Both the position numbers and the translations under genes were made by a program. Below, in pieces: positions 1 through 11,500 of a stretch of 64,000 nucleotides of DNA. Origin of the DNA: Nemertoderma westbladi (taxonomy: Eukaryota > Animalia > Xenacoelomorpha); the NCBI GenBank assembly GCA_032718475.1, contig JAUCBJ010008272.1, forward strand, positions 33,280 through 97,279. The letters run 5' to 3'. The notes beneath the pieces were generated by a model. It did no database searches. It worked only from the letters and a program-made list of their open reading frames with translations, and was not told where the DNA came from. The stretch's first letter is position 1, and each line of letters begins with the position of its first letter.

Positions 1-419
1 TGAATTTGTAGGTAGGCCTACGCCTGCCCCAATCTGCCAATCAGCCAATCGTGACATTCCTGCATTCCCCAGTTCTGGGTACAGGACTGGAGGACTCTGG
101 ACTCTGACATTATTACCATCATTCTGTCATTGTCTTACTGTCAGACTGTCCCAGTCAGCCAGTGCTGTGTGCTGTGCTCGAGCTGCAGCCTGCAGTGCAC
201 AATCTGACAGTACACTACCGCTGTACCGACTACCACTGACCACCAGGATGATCTGATCACGAGTAGTCTGTTAGTCAGTTAGTACCGGTAGTCTGTAGTC
301 AGTCAGTACAGTCTGACAGTCACAGTGACAGTCGTAAGTCTGCATGTAGGCAGGCACCACACCACTTCTGCACGGTACAGTAAGTCCCCTTGTAAAACGG
401 GTACGTACTAAAAGGTAGA

Positions 420-520
420 ACGATCTATAACGGGCTATAACGATCTATAACGGGCTATAACGATCTATAACGGGCTATAAATTCCTATAAACAAGCTATA
501 ACCACCTATAACGAGCTATA
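420..520. repeat. Short 10/20-bp tandem repeat (ctataacggg/ctataacgat)
   Basis: Directly visible. Confidence 0.8.
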
Positions 521-1260
521 ATATGAAAATTTACATTAAAAAAACGCCCATAGGGTGTGTTTAACTTTTGGATTAGCACTGCGGTGTGAAAAATACCGCA
601 GGTTAAAAATTTGGGTAGGCCTATGCCTAATTGATAGGCCTACTGCAGTTAGCAGTTAGTACTGGTTCGTTTTTTTATTGGCCTATATTGCTCGCGTATT
701 CTATATCGACTACAACACAATGCCTATATCAGCATATCGACGTACTACACTACTACTTAGGACTACTGCTTACCGCTTCCGTCGTTCCATGTCAGGCTAA
801 TACTCTCACAGTAACAGTAACAATAACATAATATATCATATCTTATTGCAGATTTTCCCGGCATCCCGGAGCCGGAACCACGCCGTCACATCTCCACCGG
901 CTGACCGGTAAAATTTCAACATTTGTTGGTTATATTCGAGATGTTCTTATAGTGCGGTGACGAGTCGCGAGAAACCCGGATCGGAGGAGAACGACAAGCA
1001 AACCAGTTATCAGCCTTACGTTGATGCGCGAATAAACCATGGCTGCATGGGACGGGGACTAGACTATGAATTACTACTATCCCAAAGAATGCTACAGCGC
1101 TGGGGGGGGGGGGGGGGGGGGGGGGGTACCTGACTAATGAATCAATATGCTGACTAATGAAGTAATGACTGATTTCATGATACCAAAAAGATGAAAAGCA
1201 GTATGGAATAAAAAAACCAAATTGCTTAATTAAATTACTGACTAGGAAAATAAATCCATG

Positions 1261-4200
1261 CTAAAATATAGCAGGGCTGTAACTCCTGGGTGAAGGGTGC
1301 AATACAATTGCATCAGAAGGTTTAGGATTACGATCGGTGTATCCGCCGGTCGAGGTACCTGGTTGATCGATATCAACTTCAGTGGATCGAGGTCTAACGG
1401 CCTTTAGGGCGCGTCTTAGGACAGCAGCTCCTACTGGTCCCTGACGAGTCGTCTGGACAATAGCGGTAGGTGGACCGTGAGTGGTGAGAAACTTCCTCGG
1501 TTTAATGGTTCTTTCCAGCTCGCATTCTCGGGCTTGATATTCGTAGGGCCGTCGAGATACTTCCTGTAACTCAGGGTGCGAGTTGATAAATAAATCTCCA
1601 TACTCAGGGTCTTGACGGATGAAATTGATCAAATGGTATGAATTAATATCGTTAGGATTGACGTTCCTGAGATATTTTCGAACAAATTTGGTGGAAATAC
1701 ACTCACCAACACGCTTCATTAGTTCGTAACTCGGTGTGCGTGTTTTTTGTTCAACAGACGCGAATAGATAAGGATGGAACGCGTAAACTCCCTCGTAGGC
1801 GCGTCCAGGGTAATAGCGATGGCGTGACTCACAATGCAAATCCGCGTTCGCTTCCCAAGCTCGGATGTAGCGCAGGGTAATCATCTCATCTACGCTTTCC
1901 AGATCGCGGTTAAAAGGGCAATTAAAACTGGCATGTCCTTTAAGTTGACAGTGGTGGCATTGAGTCATAAATTGGGGGCAGACTGCAAAAATGTGCGAGT
2001 TATTGAGTCTGCAATACGCACAATAGATCTCCATCATCGGTTGTTCGTGGAAATAGGAGCAGGGTACGTCTGAGTCCATAGGGGTGAAATGATCTCTCGA
2101 TGCGCATAATCGGCAACGTTTTCGAGAAACATAGTTGGCGTGCCGATAATCGAATGCGGTGAGACATTGTGGACCTTGATACCATTCCAAGACGTAGTCG
2201 TTATCGCTGCTCCGGGGCGCTGTAGGCTGAATCTCCTCAGATTCCAAGCATATTGGTTCGTCTTCCAATTGCATAGCTGAGATAGGTGCGGCTGTCTCCG
2301 CAAGCGAACCCACTGTCTGAACTTCCACGACAGAATAACCCGTGGGTATTCGAGGTCTTTGTATAACAGATGAATGTAAGTTCTGTATACAAACGTCCTT
2401 GAAAAGGGCGAATCCCGCGCTGTCTAACTTCTCTGCAGCTGAGTCTCTTAGGCTGAGTTTGGTCAGAGCGCGGTCCTTGAACTGACTATCAACGTTACGG
2501 AATGGAGTCAGAAAGCGCCTGAAACATTCGAAGCGGATGAATTTATTGTGTTCATCTAGCTTGGCGAGTTTAGTTCCAAGTATTAAGGGATGGGCGCGTA
2601 TGGTACGACTGCACACATCGGCTAGCCAACCGGCAAGTGCGGCGTTTTCAAAGATCGTGTAGATAGCTAAGGAGGGACGGAGTGGAACACTCATGAAGCT
2701 ATACACGGCGTCAGGTGCGGTCAATGGTCCATCAAAGTATAATCGAGAATAATGGTCTCCGTATACTTGTTGATAGTTGATGGGATTTCCGACTTTGAAA
2801 TTCCATCCGTATTCTTGAAAGGCAAGATGTCCGATGGAGGTTCGTTGTACTTTAGTAATGCCGCTGGGTGTATTTGCATACATAGCGCGGAAGAAACCTC
2901 GGCCTTCTGCCCAGGGAGCAATCAGCTGAGTATCGACGAAAGGGTATGGAATGTTCTCCATGTTCCGAAAGTCGTTTTGTAGATCTCCATAAACAGCTGA
3001 GCCGATTTTAAGGATTCTTTCGTTAAACAACATCTCGAGCACGGGCTGGGGTAACATCGATCCATCGATACCCATGGCCGGTTTGCGCTCGGTGTCGGTG
3101 ACGTAACGCTGCGCGAGTTCGAATTGTCCATGTCGGAGTTTCTTTTGTATCTCGGTAAGGGTCTCAAAAGAATAATCAATCACATCGGAACACGCTCGAG
3201 TAAATACGTGGGTAGAACCAGCTAGTCCTCGTATATGTATCATTCGCGTAGTTCCCAGTTCTCCAACCGGAACGCTACCTTCGTTATCGTAAGTGACAAC
3301 TCCATACATCTCGATAACGTTAAGAGTCTCATTCCACTCTTTAGTGGCGTTTTCTAGAGTCATTCCCACTGGATGCCACAAGGTGGCGCATTCGCTAGCA
3401 TTAGGTAGATCTCTATACTTCAAATACTGTGTAGTATATGTTTCTACATCTCCATATCATTGTATTCTTTCCTCCTCGAATAACACGTCGATATTCCAGT
3501 GGACTAATCGAGTTTTGATAAATCCATCAAGATTATACGGAGGTATTGTATCTTTCTCTATTCTTGAAACATTATAGGGTTTTCGGAATGAGTTTACTTT
3601 CACTAACTGATCCAGATGTTTCTGCAGTTGTTCGAGTTCGACAAGATCGAGAGGATTTATTAGTGGTAGAAACCTCAGACTATGTGTAGGATCTTCCAGT
3701 TTTACCATGTAATATTGCGTTAGATTGACGTAATAAGGGTGATCTTTGATCCCATAAAACGAGTTCGGTAAAGGTCTAGCGCGTATGTTAACATTGTGTA
3801 CCATACGACGGACAAGATCCGCTCTATTGTCCGGAGGTTCAACAAGTAAACCATCGACACGAGCGGCCTCGATTGGCGGACGTTGCAACATGGGAGCGTC
3901 AGCGATGAGATCTCGAGATCTTAGGTTGATATCAACCGGTTGAGGTTGTGCCGTGGCGAAGAGTTTGTCTCCAAAATGGGGAACCATCGAAGGATGGATG
4001 ATGGTTTTAGAATAGAGATCCGTCAAAAGAATTTGAGCTTCTGGCTGGGCCAAAGCTGCTTCTTCTCTCTCATCCATTTCTATGTGTTTCTCCTCGAGCT
4101 GATTTTCCTCCGCTTGTTGTTGTAAACGCTCGTCTAGGAACTCTTGTAAAGAGTAGGTTCGTCCACGTTCGATGTCTTCCTCGAGATTCTGGATTTCTCT

Positions 4201-5439
4201 ATCGAACTGGGGTAAGGCTAATTCTTTCACCGCTTGGACTTGTTGCTGCAATTTGCGTTTCTCTAAACAATCGTAAGTTCCTTTTCCGATTTTCTGCCGA
4301 ATAGCGTCTAACGCGTTTCGTACAACGCTCTCTTCGACTTCGGTAACGGGTTGTATCGGTGTTAAGCCTGGACGGTTGTACGGGTTAAACGGCGATATTA
4401 GATGACCGCGTCCTAATCCGGCTAGGTAGGGTTGTCGAATATCTAGTGCGCCCACTACCGTAGTGCCACCGATTAATTGTTCGGGTAACACAAGATCTTT
4501 AAATAGTGAGTACAGTTCAGGGGGATCCGTTATACTATTAGGATCAAGCGTTTGAGGTCTCACTGAGGAATGAGGAGGTCTGACCGAGTATTCCGGAACT
4601 CTGATCATTGGTTTATTTAAGGATCGTTTGAGTCGAGCGAGCGTAGGTGATACGTAGAACAGGTTTCGCTCGAAACTCCCATAAGTATATCGTGTAAAAC
4701 AGTGTTTAGCGCAATGTCTCCGCGGATGTTTATGTCTTTTCGTTTGCTGATTGGGTCTAGAGCATTCGTCGCAGTAATACCAAAGACGCACGTCCTGCAG
4801 GGGAAACGCGGGTGATCGTTCTCCAGTTTTACAATATTCCTCCATCTGTTCGAAGCTATCTGGGATGACAGGTAGCGGTCGATCGGCGGTAAGATACATC
4901 ATAGTGAAATAGAGTCGTTTGAGTTCTATCATAGGGTCATGATGTATACCTTGAGGATATCGAGTTTCTAGATTTTGTTGACTGTCAATATTGAGATATG
5001 TTTCTCTCAGGAATTCCAGATAATCGTTGAAGTTGCTGCATTTATCCGGCTCTTCAACGTCTTCCCTTTCGAGTCTGTTTCGAATAGAATTCTCATGTTC
5101 TATTCTCGGTTTATCGTTCCGACTCCGCTGGGTATGATATTTAAATAAAACCATTTCCCTTTCGGTGTCTACATCGTCCGTATCGTGTAAATCGATAGGA
5201 TGGCCAGTAGTTAAGAAGTCCATATACGTACCATTACGATGCGTATAGCGAGCGGTGAATTTTCTATAGTCCAATTCACGCGTAAGTTGCTCCTGGGACA
5301 TTGGCGGTTCGATATAACGACCATCGTCCTCCGTAGTAGTTGGACCAGCGTCGCCGCGTATCAAGCTATCAACAAACGCTTGTAAAGGTAGAGTATATCG
5401 CTCCCTGATACCAAGATCATCTTCTATCAACTCAGTCAT
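1261..5439 (-). CDS. Accessory ORF of the BEL element (~1392 aa reconstructed; one in-frame TGA at 3457-3459): Zn motif, helical region, DEDDy-like 3'-5' exonuclease, three CCHC fingers
   Basis: ORFs 3457-5439 and 1261-3423 are in the same frame, and copy 2 reads through the junction (EERIQ-R-YGDE). Exonuclease-like motifs: VVTYDNEG, LPQPVLEMLFNERILKIGSAVYGD, FVDTQ, SIGHLAFQEYG, PLRPSLAIYTIFE. Knuckles: CRLC-x4-H-x9-C, CAYC-x5-H-x4-C, CHHC-x4-H-x4-C. Confidence 0.8.
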
Positions 5440-7076
5440 ATCTGCTATATGAGTTTATCAATATTATAATGAGTTTATATTTAGGCTAGCGGGCGTCGCT
5501 GCCTACCCCTCTCTGCCACCGGACAGTGCAAGATCCTCAGCGCCAATGTACCGTCGTCGCTGTGTTTTCGCCAATGTAGTAGCTACACAACGACAACGAT
5601 AACCGGCACAAGTCACTCCACTGTCCGTCCCAAAGGCTTAGATTTACTTCAGGTTCTTGCTGCAGAGTTAGGGCTACTTTCACAATTGCGACTCGCTACT
5701 GTAAACACACTTTAGTAGTAACATTCACCTATAAACGCACAAATTCCACACAACTGTCACAAATTGTACACATTCGGGCCATTTGTCCGTTAGTCAAGTG
5801 CCTTCCAGAATGCCACGTTATTATTATGTATCCTTGGATACTAGCAGTGTGCTATTTCTTCCCTATGCTATTCAATGGGGTAAGCTTTCTATTGTTCTTT
5901 TAACTCACTTCTAATTCTAGCGTGGTTGTTGCTATGGTGACATTATGGAAAGCTAGCGGTAGAATTAGGGTAATTCTCATGCATACAGATCTGGGATGCT
6001 ATTTAATAGTAATTCTTTAATTGTCAATATCCCCTTTATACATGATTTTATGAATTTTATCGGCTATTGACTATATATTGGAGATTCTCGCACACTAATA
6101 CACTTAATAGGGTGAATCTCCGCTCCCATGATCTATTAATTAATGGAATTTTGGGAATGTTATAAATTGTATAAAAATTACAATTTATCAAATTCATTAA
6201 AATATGAATTTAAATTTATTCCCGTAAATTTTATTATTTAATATTAAATAGACACAATTTTATTCCAGAACATGTTTGGGGACTAGGATCCTGAATTCTA
6301 AGAAATATGTCCTTTTAAGAGTATCGGTAAGTGCTACGATATCTTAATAGACTAGAATTTTAAAGGATCTAAATTTTGACAGATTTTGTAAATATTAATA
6401 ATTAATATTTAGGTTGGGCACCAGTTTATTCCAGAAGTTATCTGGGGACGTTAACCACTGATTCTAGAATTTTGTCTTTCAAGTATATCGGTGGGTGCCG
6501 CGATATCTTAATCGACTAGAATTACAGATGGTCAAAAGGTTTAACAGATTTATTTTGCGTTTTACGCTACTGTTAAAGGGACATCACGCTACTATATGTA
6601 TTATTTAATATACGGTATGAGAGCAATATCGCACGAAGCAATGTCAGTGAGAAGAGGCAAGTCGTTTCCAAGGTCTACCCAGAGCTTGGTTTAGCCGAGA
6701 CACGGGGATCTGAATTTTGCATTCCTAATACTCTACTTACCAATAATACTTGAATATAGTAGGAGCTTTATTGTACTTTAATAAGTACGGATATTTCATC
6801 TTACTGTAGTCACGTATTTATAATGTAATACGGACAGTAAGGAAAGAGAAAAATAATTATCTCTCGCCGTCGCACTAAATATATAATATATAAGTAATTA
6901 AGTAATAAACACTAATATATATTGCACTAATCTACTAAATAATCGCTAAAATAACATTCTACTAAATAAAATTAAAGAAAACGATTATAATAAAATTACA
7001 TAATAATACATACATAAATATAAAATAATAAAAACAAATATAAAATAATATAGTCACACACCCACTCCAGACGCTG

Positions 7077-8507
7077 TTACGTTGGGGAGTCCCTAGATGT
7101 TTGTTGGATTAGGGAGGTGGTCTTGGGAAGAGTATCTTGCCTTCCATAGTTTCCGGAGAGTTCTCTGTCTCTTTCCAGTAAACATAAACGACCAACTGGG
7201 CGATTGAGCTGCTGTGTCTCGAAGACAATTCCCGGTTTCTTAAAGTTACGTCGCATGACGACGAGTTCTACCGATTGCACTAAACCATCATCCGAGATGT
7301 GAGTCTCGATGATACGACCACAATAAGGACCATGTCTCCAACGCTGACGTTTTCTTGTTGCGCAAACCACTTAGTTCGAAGTTGTAGCGTGGGCAGATAA
7401 TGTTTTTCGAAATGGTCAGCGAAACGATGGGATAACAACTGCATAAGTTGCCAAGTTTGCTGGCAGTATCCGTCTCCGTCTGTGATTTCCGATCGTGGGA
7501 GCATGGCTACAGGTTTCTTCAGTAGGAAGTGCGCGGGTGTTAGCGCTTCCAGGGAATCGGGACTCGATGAGACTGGCATAAGCGGTCTCTCGTTGAGATA
7601 GGCGGCGATTTCCTCCATTAACGTCCGCAAAAGTTCATCGGTGAGATACGCGCGGCACGGCACTATAAAGTGAAATGCGGTCTTCACGCTCCTGATTAAT
7701 CTCTCCCAACTTCCTCCCCACCAAGGGGCGTCGGCAGCGTTGAAGGTCCAGCTAGACGCTGTTACCCTTAGCTGATCGTCCACCTGTCTTTGGTTCCAAT
7801 CTTTGACGTAAGCCTTGATTTCATTGTTGGCACCAATGAAGTTTGTTCCCTTATCAGATCTCATCGTGTTACTAGTTCCAAAGCGAGCGATCTGTCGTCG
7901 TAAGCTCAATAGGAAGCTGTTGGTAGATAAATCGTTCACCATATCGAGATGGATAGCTCTACAAGTCATACAAACAAAGATGACACACCATCTCTTGACT
8001 ATAGTCCTAGCACGATATACTTCAATAGGGCCAAATAAATCTACACCGGTATTAGTAAAGGGTGGTTCATAGAAGCTTACTCGTTCCCTAGGTAATTCTG
8101 CCTCTCGCTGTGTTAAAGGCCTACTGAATGCTTTCCTACAGGGTATGCAGTTCCTAAGAACTTGGTTCAGAGCTCTACGGGGTTTATAAAAATAATAGCG
8201 AGTTCGAATTTCGCTAAGAACTCGTTCTCTGCCAGCATGATAAAGTTTGCTGTGAACATCTACAATCATCTTGATTTATATTTCAAGATTTCTAATGAGT
8301 ATGGGAAACTTAGTGTCAAAGGATAATGGAGCATTAGTTAACCTTCCCCCAACACGTATTAACCCATCTATCATTGTGCTAGAGAAACGATCCCTTAAGC
8401 GCATCCTGTGGATTTCTCAACAACAGGAAATACTTATCGGAATCCTCATAGCATTGCAGGAGTCTCAGCATCTGCTTATTGGTTTCTTCATGCTCCTGAT
8501 AACTGAT
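7077..8507 (-). pseudogene. Integrase and C-terminal part of Pol, disrupted
   Basis: HHCC (H..H..CIPC), GVDLFGP, SDKGTNF, GGSWERLIRSVK. Relative to copy 2 there is a 1-bp insertion near 8405 (ccacaGgatgcgc) and a ~34-bp deletion near 7318. Confidence 0.9.
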
Positions 8508-11500
8508 CTACTCCTTCAGAAACCTGTCGGATATCTTATATTTGAGAAGATCTTTAACAACATGGACCTGCACAGATGTCAGTAGAGCGGTATCACTATT
8601 GGTCATCGTCCTGGAGTAGTGATGATGAAAACATCGCTTTAAATATGTAACGGCCTTACAGAGCCGATTCCAGGAACTGTAGTGATATATCGCTCTCTGC
8701 AGGAGAGGTGAGAGTCCTTGCGAGACGTCTGGTATTCCAGATTTCCAATCCTTCTCTCTGATTTCCACAACAGACTTATTTGTGGCTGTGGGTTTCGGAT
8801 CCAAAGCGTCGTCTCCGGAAGTGTGTAGTACAGACAGATCTACCACGGGTTTAAATAACTTCGATTTACTCGCCCGAGTTTTAGGTTTGACTTTCTCCGC
8901 TCCCTTGGCCTGTCTAATCTCCGCTGTAGTAAGATGAGGAGGCCATTCTTCCTCTTCTTTGCTTAGGAAGTCGGGTCCACCTAACCAGTCTGGAGTATCT
9001 ATCAGTTCTTGTGGAGTTGCTCCCCTGGAGGCGATGTCTGCTGGATTAATCGTTCCGGGGCAATGTCTCCATTGATCCATCTTCGTACGACTAAGTATAA
9101 TGGCTACTCTTTTGGTAACGAAGACGCTGAACTGACAGACTTCATTGGTTATATACTCCAACACGAGTAGAGCATCGGTCCAATAGACAGTTTTCTCCAG
9201 TGGATATTCGATCTGTTCTGTTACATTTCGGCCGATGGTTGTAGCGTATAAAGCTGCCTTTAACTCCGCTCGAGGGACTTTCAACTTGTTGTTTATCAAT
9301 GCCTTAGAGGTAACCAAAGCGACTTTGATTCCATCCGGAGTTTCAACTCTCAGGTAGGCTACTATACCTATTCCGATATCGCTGGCGTCTCCAAACACAT
9401 GGAGTTGATAGGAATACGTAGGGAGAACATGACCAAAATATGAACGGGAAATTATAAAGTTCTCGATGGCTGGTAGAGAATCTTCCCATTTCATCCACTT
9501 CTTTAATAGTTCTCCCTTAAGTGGATCGTCCCATGAGTGGTTTTCAAGCCACATTTGTTGTACTAAACTCCGAGCAATCAATATAACTGGGCTAATAAAT
9601 CCCAATGGATCGAAATAAGTGCTCAGGATACTTAAACAAATCCGTTTAGTCCGAACTGGATTATCTCGCTGTTTGAGCTGAAATAACAGGATATCTCTCT
9701 CTGTGTCCCATTTCAAACCAAGTGTTTTGGTTTCTGGAAGATCGTCTTTCATTAGGTCTAGATCTTTCGCTCCTCGATCTTCTACCGGGATCGATTCCAG
9801 AAACTCACGGGAGTTGCTGGTGAATTTAGTTAATCGAAATCCACCTCTTTTTAAGCACTCTACCGTTCCTTTGGCGACATCAATGGCTTCTTCCACCGAT
9901 GGAAGGGACTTTAAATTGTCGTCCATGTATATATCCCGTTTGATGTTGTCGATCACCTCTTTTGAGAAGGCGTCCCGGTTGTCATCAGCAGTGGTGCGCA
10001 CCACTGAGCAGGCGTTTGAAGGGCTTGAGATGATCCCAAAGGCCTGGATGGTCATCCAATACTCCACCAGTTTCTGGTTGAGGTCTCCTTCCGGCCACCA
10101 CAGAAATCGTAGGCTATCTCGATCCCTATCCAGCGCCTTGACTTGTAAGAACATGCCATCTATATCGGAGGCGAAAGCGATCGAATATTGTCGTAATCTT
10201 AAGAGTATTCCCAACAAGGATTGGAGTAAGTTGGGTCCTGGTAACAACTCGGAATTAAGGGATTGGCCCATGTAGAGGGCGGAGCCGTCAAATACTACCC
10301 TTACTTCATGGGGTTTACCGGGTTTGGGAACGTAATGATGTGTTAAATAGTACGTTCTCTCAGTTATAGGTGTTTCTTCCGGTACTCGCTCCGCATATCC
10401 CTTGTTAATAAATTTCTTCAACTGAGTCTGATACATTTCTTTAGCTGAAGCATTTGCCGTGAGGCGTCGATGTAGTTGAGCAATTCTTTTCTCCGCCAAG
10501 GGTCGGTTGTTTATGAATTTTGGTTCTCGCTTTCGGAATGTTAGACCGATTTCATATCTACCTTGATCTTTAAGAAAACATGTAGTTGTCTCCTGGATCT
10601 GCTTGGCTCTTTCTTCTTCTACCGATAGGGTCTTATCGTAGGAATTGGGCTCTACAGCCTCTTGAGTAAAGAATCGTACGGCGTGTTCATCCCGAGTCTT
10701 CGCGTTATAGCGCTCGATTACGTCATTCAGTTCGTCGTTATAGTCGACTTGTCCTGATGGACGAATGAGTTGACATAGGTTCACTTGGTTTTGCCAAGTC
10801 TCGTTTTCCGTAAGGAGATCGATGGTATTCTCCTCGTCGAAGAGTTGGTGGATATCGTCATTATCTGAGGAGTATGGTGTTCCCTCAGTTGGGTCATCTA
10901 CCTCACTGCTCTCCACTTCCCATTCACTTACTTGATATACCTGTTCTTTTGGTAACCTTTCCATGAGAGTTCTACGGGAAGGGCCAGTAAAGTACCAACC
11001 CACTCTAGTTCTTCCCGCATAGGCTTGTAGTGGTTGCGGTTGAGCAGGCCGTTTCTCCAATGTCTCAAGCGCCTCATGCGCATTTTGGCCGATGAGTATT
11101 TGTACTCCAGGGTAATCTGTGTTGAATCTAGGTATATTAAGCCGCTGGGTGAAATCGTCCTCATCCCAGTTATAAGGTTCTACTTGGCTGGTAGCGAAGT
11201 TCTTTATCGCCACCATTTTTACTGACCTTATGCTGTATTCTCCTAGTTCATCCTGGGGGGTGGACAACGCACCTACATAATAATCCGCTATTACTGTAGA
11301 TTTCCAAACCTGCATAATTCCTGACATGTTTAACTTAGTTCGGAATTTGGGTTGTCCAGCAAAGATGTCTTCAGCTAGTTCTTTGTCGATGAATGTTCCT
11401 GTGCTACCGGAGTCAAGGAGGGCGTTCACTATATAACTCCTTTCAGGTCTGTGGACCCTCAACTGCACTACGGGAAATTCTCGGATTCCTACATTGGAAG

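Noticed and set aside
1102-1126. G run as polypurine tract
   Set aside because: It is on the wrong strand for the minus-strand element and no LTR follows; similar G/C runs occur throughout the window.
1915-2120. Cargo zinc fingers as a Nanos domain
   Set aside because: Superficial resemblance only; spacings (x4-H-x9, x5-H-x4, x4-H-x4) differ from Nanos C-x2-C-x12-H-x10-C / C-x2-C-x7-H-x4-C.
1261-5439. Accessory ORF as env or as an independent host gene
   Set aside because: No signal peptide or TM anchor visible; intronless and colinear with pol in two separate insertions.
8400-8510. Programmed readthrough or frameshift before integrase
   Set aside because: Copy 2 is open across both positions, so these are copy-specific mutations.
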